NCBI GenBank assembly: GCA_045803545.1
Contig: JBJMOW010000005.1
Coordinates: 1,504,001 to 1,568,000, forward strand
Length of the DNA stretch: 64,000 bases
Direction: 5' to 3'
DNA from: Gemmatimonadaceae bacterium
Lineage (GTDB): Bacteria > Gemmatimonadota > Gemmatimonadetes > Gemmatimonadales > Gemmatimonadaceae
Made by a program: the position numbers and the translations under genes. Below the pieces are notes generated by a model. It saw only the letters and a program-made list of their open reading frames with translations. It was not told the DNA's origin and searched no databases. This document shows, piece by piece, positions 58,100 to 64,000 of the stretch (positions are counted from its first letter, which is position 1; each line of letters begins with the position of its first letter).

Positions 58100-59365
58100 A
58101 TGAAGCGCAGAGAGTTTATTCAGCGCGGGGCGATCGCGGCGGGTGCAGTTGCGCTTACCGTCAAGTCTTCGTCTGGCGCTGCGCAGGGAATCACCGAGCT
58201 TATACCGGCGTCCGATCGCGCGAAAACGCGCGCGGATGCGCCGGCACCGATTAGCGAAGCCGAGCGGGAGCAGCGTCGCGAGAAAGCGCGCACCTTACTG
58301 CAGCAACTCGGCTTCTCAGCGATGCTGATCGAGCCGGGTGCGAACATGGAGTACTTCGCCGGTATCCAGTGGGGCCGCAGCGAAAGATTGTTCGCGTTCA
58401 TTCTTCCCGTTACCGGCAAACCCGTCGTCATCTCGCCTGCGTTCGAGCAGCAGCGTGCGGAGGATCAGGTCAGCGGACGATTCGATGTGCGAGTGTGGCA
58501 GGAAGATCAGAACCCGGAAGCCCTCGTCGCACAAACGCTGACCGACCTTGGCTTTGCGTCGGGCCGGCTGGCTGTTGATCCGAGCGCGCGGACTTTCGTT
58601 TTCACCGAGCTCGCCGTCGCGCGGCCATCGATGCAGATGGGCAACGCAGCCATCATCGTCAATCAATGTCGGGGCGTGAAGTCGGCGCACGAAGTCGAGA
58701 TCATGCGCTTCGCCAATCAGACGACTCTCTCGGCGTATCGGGAAGCACTCAAGTCGCTGCGCGTCGGGATGACGCAGGCGCAGCTGGCCTCGAATGTGTC
58801 CGCCGAGATGAAGAAGCTGGGCTATGACGGCGGCGCGTTGGTATTGTTTGGCGAATCGTCAGCCTATCCCCACGGTTTGCCGCACCCGCGGGAGCTGCAG
58901 GAGAATCAGGTCGTGCTCGTCGACGGTGGCCTCAGTGTCCACGGTTATCAATCGGACATGACGCGCACAGTGGTGTTTGGAACTCCCGCACCCGAAATGC
59001 AGAAAGTCTTCGACATCGTGCATGAGGCCCAGGGGCGCGCGCTCGCTACAGCCGCGCCGGGAAAGAAAGCCGGCGATGTCGACGCCGCCGCGCGCAAAGT
59101 CATTACCGACGCCGGCTACGGTCCCGACTATCGCACTTTTACCCACCGACTCGGTCACGGTATCGGGCTCGAAGGACACGAGTGGCCCTACTTCGTCCGC
59201 GGCAGCACCGTGATTCTCGAGCCGGGCATGACCTTCAGCGACGAGCCCGGGATTTATCAGTACGGAAAATTCGGGATTCGCCTCGAGGATATCCTCGCGA
59301 TTACGGAAGACGGCGCCGAGATGATGACGCCGAGACAGACTTCGCTGCGCGCGGAGACCCTCTAA
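58100..59365 (+). CDS. M24 family Xaa-Pro peptidase with Tat signal
   Basis: MKRREFI Tat motif; YQSDMTRT, HRLGHGIGLEGHE, SDEPG, RLED. Confidence 0.92.
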   Translation: MKRREFIQRGAIAAGAVALTVKSSSGAAQGITELIPASDRAKTRADAPAPISEAEREQRREKARTLLQQLGFSAMLIEPGANMEYFAGIQWGRSERLFAFILPVTGKPVVISPAFEQQRAEDQVSGRFDVRVWQEDQNPEALVAQTLTDLGFASGRLAVDPSARTFVFTELAVARPSMQMGNAAIIVNQCRGVKSAHEVEIMRFANQTTLSAYREALKSLRVGMTQAQLASNVSAEMKKLGYDGGALVLFGESSAYPHGLPHPRELQENQVVLVDGGLSVHGYQSDMTRTVVFGTPAPEMQKVFDIVHEAQGRALATAAPGKKAGDVDAAARKVITDAGYGPDYRTFTHRLGHGIGLEGHEWPYFVRGSTVILEPGMTFSDEPGIYQYGKFGIRLEDILAITEDGAEMMTPRQTSLRAETL

Positions 59366-59400
59366 CTGCAACTGCTTGCCGGCCAGCAAGCAGCTGCAGT
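59366..59400. terminator. hairpin between convergent genes
   Basis: CTGCA-ACTGCTTGC-loop-GCAAGCAGC-TGCAG; no U-tract. Confidence 0.4.
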
Positions 59401-59409
59401 GGACCTCAG

Positions 59410-61065
59410 TTACGGCAGCCCGTACACCATGATCCGGCTCTGACTCGCCCCACCCGGCCAAACCGGCGATTTCATTCCCGCCGCTACACCCACAAGTTGC
59501 TTTCCGCCGGCGGTATAGGTGACGATGCCCCCACCGGTCGACAATCCGGTATCGGTCTGCCAGAGAATGCGACCGGATGCGGCGTCGAACGCGTAGAGTG
59601 TTCCGCCCATATCCGCTGTGAAGACAATTCCGCCAGCGGTTGGAGTCACTGCAGCGAGAATCGGCTTCGGCGCCTGATACTTCCAGCGTGCGGCACCGGT
59701 CTCGGCGTCGAACGCAGTCACCCATCCGCGCGCGTTTGCCGGCGGATCCATGATCTGCGCTTGCGGAGTCTCGGCCCCGAACCAGACTTGGCCGGCCTGC
59801 GGGATTTTGAGGGTGTCGCCAACCAACTGCACGTTGGCGCACCAATCGACTGCGCCTGTGTAAAGCAGATTGGTCTCGGGACTGTACGCCGCGCCGTTCC
59901 ACTCATTGCCGCCCTGAATTCCCGGACAGAAGTGCGTCACGCTGTCTCGCGACAGCGGTGTGTTGACGTTCAGCCGGGTCGTAGTCGGAGTCTGCGAAAG
60001 AAGTCTCAAGTCGCCCAATAAACCAGCCGGATCGTGTACGACCCGGGAGCGATCGAGTATCGACAGCAGTCCATCCTTGTTCGCCGAAGCAACGATTTGG
60101 CGACCCGAACGCGTGGTCACCAGAGCTGGCGGACTGTCGACATCCCAGTCGTGCGCGTCGCGCTTCACGAGCTGATTGTACGCGAGCATTCGACCGCTGC
60201 GCGGCGAGATGGCGATCACGGAGTTGGAGTAGAGATTTTCGCCGGTTCGCACTGCGATGTCGAAATCGGGAGCTGGATTCCCGGCCGGTACGTAAAGAAT
60301 TCCGTTGTACTCGTCGACCGTGAACGACGTCCAGAATGCTCCACCGGATAGCGGCAGTCTTGAATTGCGCCACGTCGAGCGCGCTGGGCCCGACGCTGGC
60401 ACCACGTCGAACTTCCACACGAGACGTCCGTCGACCGCCTCGATCGCATACACGTGACCCGTCACCGTCGCGATATCGCCGCCGGCGTTGCCGATGTACA
60501 CCCGACCGTTATAGGCGATGGGCGCCATCGGAATCGAAACGCCGGGGCCCTTCACATCGAGCTCGCGATCCCACAGCGTCTGGCCGGTGGTCGCATCGAG
60601 CGCGACCACATGCACGTCAGAAGTGCCACGGAACAGCCGGCCATCGGCGTAGGCGAATCCGCGATTCACACCGAGCGCGCTCGGTGTCTCACTGTGGCGA
60701 ACCTTGCGCCACTTTTCCTTGCAAGTCGCCGCGTCGATCGCGTACGAAATGGTGTCAGTCGTGAAATACATCGAGCCGTTGACCACGATTGGCGCGGTCT
60801 GCAGCGAGGTTACCTCGGGCAACGTGTAATTGCAGATGCTGCGCAGCTGCGCGACGTTGCTGGTGTTGATGTCTTTGAGCGGCGAGAATCGGTCGCCTGC
60901 AAGCGTGCGATTGTAGGCGGGCCAATCACCCGCGCCAATCGCTGCGATCGGATACGCACCCACAGTGGTCGGCTCGCCCGGATAAGAATTGAGCGTTCGG
61001 TGTGAGCAAGCGAGCGTCGTGGCGGCAGTGACTGCAGCAGCAAAAGCGATTGTGTCGTATCTCAT
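59410..61065 (-). CDS. PQQ-dependent dehydrogenase family protein
   Basis: DW..YNRT..GDRFSPL..IN..NV, GNPAPDF, DAHDWD, CPGIQGG.EW. Confidence 0.85.
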   Translation of the reverse strand: MRYDTIAFAAAVTAATTLACSHRTLNSYPGEPTTVGAYPIAAIGAGDWPAYNRTLAGDRFSPLKDINTSNVAQLRSICNYTLPEVTSLQTAPIVVNGSMYFTTDTISYAIDAATCKEKWRKVRHSETPSALGVNRGFAYADGRLFRGTSDVHVVALDATTGQTLWDRELDVKGPGVSIPMAPIAYNGRVYIGNAGGDIATVTGHVYAIEAVDGRLVWKFDVVPASGPARSTWRNSRLPLSGGAFWTSFTVDEYNGILYVPAGNPAPDFDIAVRTGENLYSNSVIAISPRSGRMLAYNQLVKRDAHDWDVDSPPALVTTRSGRQIVASANKDGLLSILDRSRVVHDPAGLLGDLRLLSQTPTTTRLNVNTPLSRDSVTHFCPGIQGGNEWNGAAYSPETNLLYTGAVDWCANVQLVGDTLKIPQAGQVWFGAETPQAQIMDPPANARGWVTAFDAETGAARWKYQAPKPILAAVTPTAGGIVFTADMGGTLYAFDAASGRILWQTDTGLSTGGGIVTYTAGGKQLVGVAAGMKSPVWPGGASQSRIMVYGLP

Positions 61066-61196
61066 CGGCGGTACTCCTTTGCACCTAGGGAATGCAAAAC
61101 CTTCGCCTGGCTATGCGGACTTGACACGACTTGGCCCGGTGGGATAAAACAGTGGCAACCCACCCGCGACCATTGACCTCCCGTTCCGAGGCCCGC

Positions 61197-63320
61197 ATGC
61201 GCCCTTCCCGAATCGTTCTCGCCCTCGCTGTACTACCTATAGTAGGAACCTTTGGCTCGCGGGCTACGGCTCAGGCGCCGACGCTAATGCCGCCGGTGGC
61301 GACAGCGAAGGCAAGAGTCGACACGCTGCACGGCGAGATTCGCACCGACAATTACTTCTGGATTCGGGAGAAGACCAATCCCGACGTGATCGCGTATCTC
61401 AACGCCGAGAATGCGTACACGGAAGCGAAGATGAAGCACACCGAGGCGCTGCAGCAGAAGCTTTATGACGAGATGCTGTCGCACATCAAGGAGACGGACG
61501 TCTCGGTCCCGTTCCGCGACCACGGCTACTACTACTGGAACGCGACCGAGAAAGGCAAGGCATATACGATCTTCATGCGCCGGAAGGCGACACCCGGATC
61601 GAAGGAAGAGGCTTATCTCGACGCCAATGCGCTGGCGGTCGGGAAGAAGTTCTCCCAGGTGGCCGGGATCGAAATCAGTCCCAGTGGCACTCGCGCGGCG
61701 TATCTGCACGACACCACCGCACTGCGTGTCTACACGGTTTATGTCAAAGACCTCACCACCGGAAAGCTGCTCGCCGATACGATTTCACGCGTGGTACCAT
61801 CGGTGGCCTGGGCAAACGACACCGTTCTGTTTTACCAGACACCGGATTCTGCCCGCCGATCGGACGCCGTGTGGCGCCACATAATCGGTCAGCCGCGGTC
61901 GAGCGACGTCGAAGTATTCCACGACAAGGACGTGCTGAACAACGTAGGTGTTGGCCGCACGAAGGATGACAAGTACATCGTCATCAGTGACGATGGATTC
62001 ACGTCGTCGGAATGGCGCGTGGTGCCGGTCAGCAATCCGTTTGCAACCCCGACGGTGATCGCGCCGCGGAAAGCCAACGTCGAGTATCAGGTCGATCACA
62101 TCAACGGCGCGTTTCTGATGACGACCAACGAAGGGGCGCAGAACTTCAAGGTGATGCGCATCGCCGACGCCGACCTCGGAACGAACAAATGGACCTCGTT
62201 CATTCCGGTCAGCGACTCGGTGTTCATCGAGTATCTGGAGCCGTTCAAGAACAATCTCGTCGTGGTGCAGCGCTCGGGCGGATTGCGCCGGCTGCGCGTG
62301 ATGGATCTCAAAACGAAGCGCGCGGATTACTACATCACATTCCCAGAGCCGGCGTACGCCGTCGGCCCAACCGGCAACGCCGAGTTCGACTCGGACACAC
62401 TGAGATTCAACTACCAGTCGATGCTGACTCCTTCCTCGACCTACGACTACTCCTTCTCGAGTCGGCAACGAGTCCTGAAGAAGCGGGTCGACGTTCCCGG
62501 GTTTGACGCGTCGAAGTACGACGTCAAGCGCTTCATGGTGAAAGCGCGTGACGGCGCGATGGTGCCGGTATCGATGATCGTGTCGAAAACGTGGAAGCAG
62601 GATGGGACCCATCCGCTGCTCGAGTACGCCTACGGCTCGTATGGCGCGACGACGGAAGCCACTTTCAGCTCCAGCGTGCTGAGTCTGGTCGATCGCGGGT
62701 TTGCTTATGCGATCGCGCACATTCGCGGCGGTCAGGAAATGGGGCGCGCCTGGTACGATCAGGGCAAGATGATGAACAAGAAGAACACCTTCAACGATTT
62801 CGTCGACGTCGGCCAGTATCTGGTCGACAACAAGTACACGTCGACAGATCGCCTGATCGCCAACGGCGGCAGCGCCGGCGGATTGTTGATGGGCGCGGTG
62901 GTCAACATGCGACCCGACTTGTTCAAGGCAGTCGTCGCCGATGTGCCCTTTGTCGACGTCATCAACACGATGATGGATGCTTCGATCCCGTTGACCGCGC
63001 AGGAGTGGCAGCAATGGGGCGATCCGCATGATCCGGCGCAGTACGCCTACATGCGGTCGTACTCGCCGTACGACAACGTCGAGCGGAAAGCCTATCCGTG
63101 GATGCTTGTCACGACGTCACTAAACGACTCGCAGGTAGGCTACTGGGAGCCGGTGAAATGGGTCGCGAAGCTGCGCTCGATGAAAACCGACAACAATCCG
63201 CTCTACATCAAGATCAACATGGCGGGCGGACACGGCGGATCTTCAGGCCGCTACGATGTTCTGCACGAGCGAGCGTTCAGATACGCGTTCATGCTCGACG
63301 CCGTCGGCATAACGCAGTAG
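61197..63320 (+). CDS. ptrB: S9A oligopeptidase B (protease II), secreted
   Basis: DNYFWIR, YAYGSYG, GGSAGGLLMG, DSQV.YWEP.KW, GHGG.SGR. Confidence 0.88.
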   Translation: MRPSRIVLALAVLPIVGTFGSRATAQAPTLMPPVATAKARVDTLHGEIRTDNYFWIREKTNPDVIAYLNAENAYTEAKMKHTEALQQKLYDEMLSHIKETDVSVPFRDHGYYYWNATEKGKAYTIFMRRKATPGSKEEAYLDANALAVGKKFSQVAGIEISPSGTRAAYLHDTTALRVYTVYVKDLTTGKLLADTISRVVPSVAWANDTVLFYQTPDSARRSDAVWRHIIGQPRSSDVEVFHDKDVLNNVGVGRTKDDKYIVISDDGFTSSEWRVVPVSNPFATPTVIAPRKANVEYQVDHINGAFLMTTNEGAQNFKVMRIADADLGTNKWTSFIPVSDSVFIEYLEPFKNNLVVVQRSGGLRRLRVMDLKTKRADYYITFPEPAYAVGPTGNAEFDSDTLRFNYQSMLTPSSTYDYSFSSRQRVLKKRVDVPGFDASKYDVKRFMVKARDGAMVPVSMIVSKTWKQDGTHPLLEYAYGSYGATTEATFSSSVLSLVDRGFAYAIAHIRGGQEMGRAWYDQGKMMNKKNTFNDFVDVGQYLVDNKYTSTDRLIANGGSAGGLLMGAVVNMRPDLFKAVVADVPFVDVINTMMDASIPLTAQEWQQWGDPHDPAQYAYMRSYSPYDNVERKAYPWMLVTTSLNDSQVGYWEPVKWVAKLRSMKTDNNPLYIKINMAGGHGGSSGRYDVLHERAFRYAFMLDAVGITQ

Positions 63321-63326
63321 CCGACT

Positions 63327-63369
63327 CGGCGTAGAGTCTCAGCCAGTAGTTGGGCGGACTCTACGCCGA
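63327..63369. terminator. strong hairpin between convergent genes
   Basis: TCGGCGTAGAGTC...GACTCTACGCCGA, 13-bp perfect arms. Confidence 0.55.
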
Positions 63370-63373
63370 AGCT

Positions 63374-63895
63374 TTACTGCCGTCGCCAATCAATGAATTG
63401 CTGCCTGATCTGCCAGCGCTCTTTCCAATCGTCGAATCGAAGTACGAATAGCGACTGAACGAAGACTGGCTTGGCGTCGTCCGGCGACAGCGGGGCGATG
63501 AGGACGGCTGACACGAATGCCATGTCGCCGCTCATGTCGAAATCTTCGACCGTGATGTCGACGTGCGCGCCCGCCAGAGTGGTGGTGAACATCTGCGAGA
63601 CGACGCCGAGCGGCGTCGAGCCTTCGGGCTCGCGACCGATTACCGAGCGCGCGTTCGGGGTGTAATTCGCGGCCAGCGCGACTGAGTCTCTCCGTTCGAT
63701 TGCCCTGGCCCACTGCTGCAGCATCGCACCAATCTGCTCGCGGACCCTGGCGTGGTAGCGGGCGGTCTCGGAGTTTGCGCCATCGTGGGGCACCACCATA
63801 TCAACGATGCCCTGCGCGGCGACGGGGGCGGCGGAAACTATTAGAGATAGCGCGATGGGAATCGTTCTCTTCAGCTTTCTACTGGAAAAGCGCAT
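63374..63895 (-). CDS. NTF2/SnoaL-like secreted protein
   Basis: Signal peptide; W..AIE..D..ALA..Y..NA, SGDMAF, W.I pattern. Confidence 0.65.
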   Translation of the reverse strand: MRFSSRKLKRTIPIALSLIVSAAPVAAQGIVDMVVPHDGANSETARYHARVREQIGAMLQQWARAIERRDSVALAANYTPNARSVIGREPEGSTPLGVVSQMFTTTLAGAHVDITVEDFDMSGDMAFVSAVLIAPLSPDDAKPVFVQSLFVLRFDDWKERWQIRQQFIDWRRQ

Positions 63896-64000
63896 GCAAT
63901 TTGATCTGATTCTGGGACAGGTTGTTGAAATTTGACACTGAAGAAGGGTCAAAAGTTCAGCCAGCGTGGGCAAATTGTTAACATTCTTTCTGCACTACGG

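Overview
GC-rich bacterial chromosomal window; the gene repertoire suggests Gemmatimonadota (inference only). The first ~18 kb is an amino-acid and nitrogen cluster: metX-metY, ilvD-ilvB-ilvN-ilvC-leuA, amtB-glnK-porin-CPA2 antiporter and leuC-leuD-leuB. Each of these four operons is preceded by a short unannotated leader ORF enriched in pathway-related codons, plus competing hairpins and an intrinsic terminator, which is the layout of ribosome-mediated attenuation. The most striking is an Asn/Gln-rich leader (MILARRVSSNNPGNNRQLPQN...) in front of amtB-glnK, suggesting nitrogen sensing through Asn/Gln-tRNA supply. A Cys/Met leader precedes metY-metX. The rest of the window holds two-component genes, small paralogous hypothetical families, a putative leaderless HTH-nucleotidyltransferase module, a BlaI/M56/HEAT operon, a Ser/Thr kinase and many hydrolases. 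Non-coding structure is abundant: ordered heptamer arrays, two families of long palindromic repeats, two four-helix-bundle (IVP/Avd-like) genes each bracketed by inverted repeats, and an orphan structured RNA candidate at ~51.8 kb. No rRNA, tRNA, CRISPR array or transposase was seen. All calls and RNA pairings were made by eye; no searches or folding were run.
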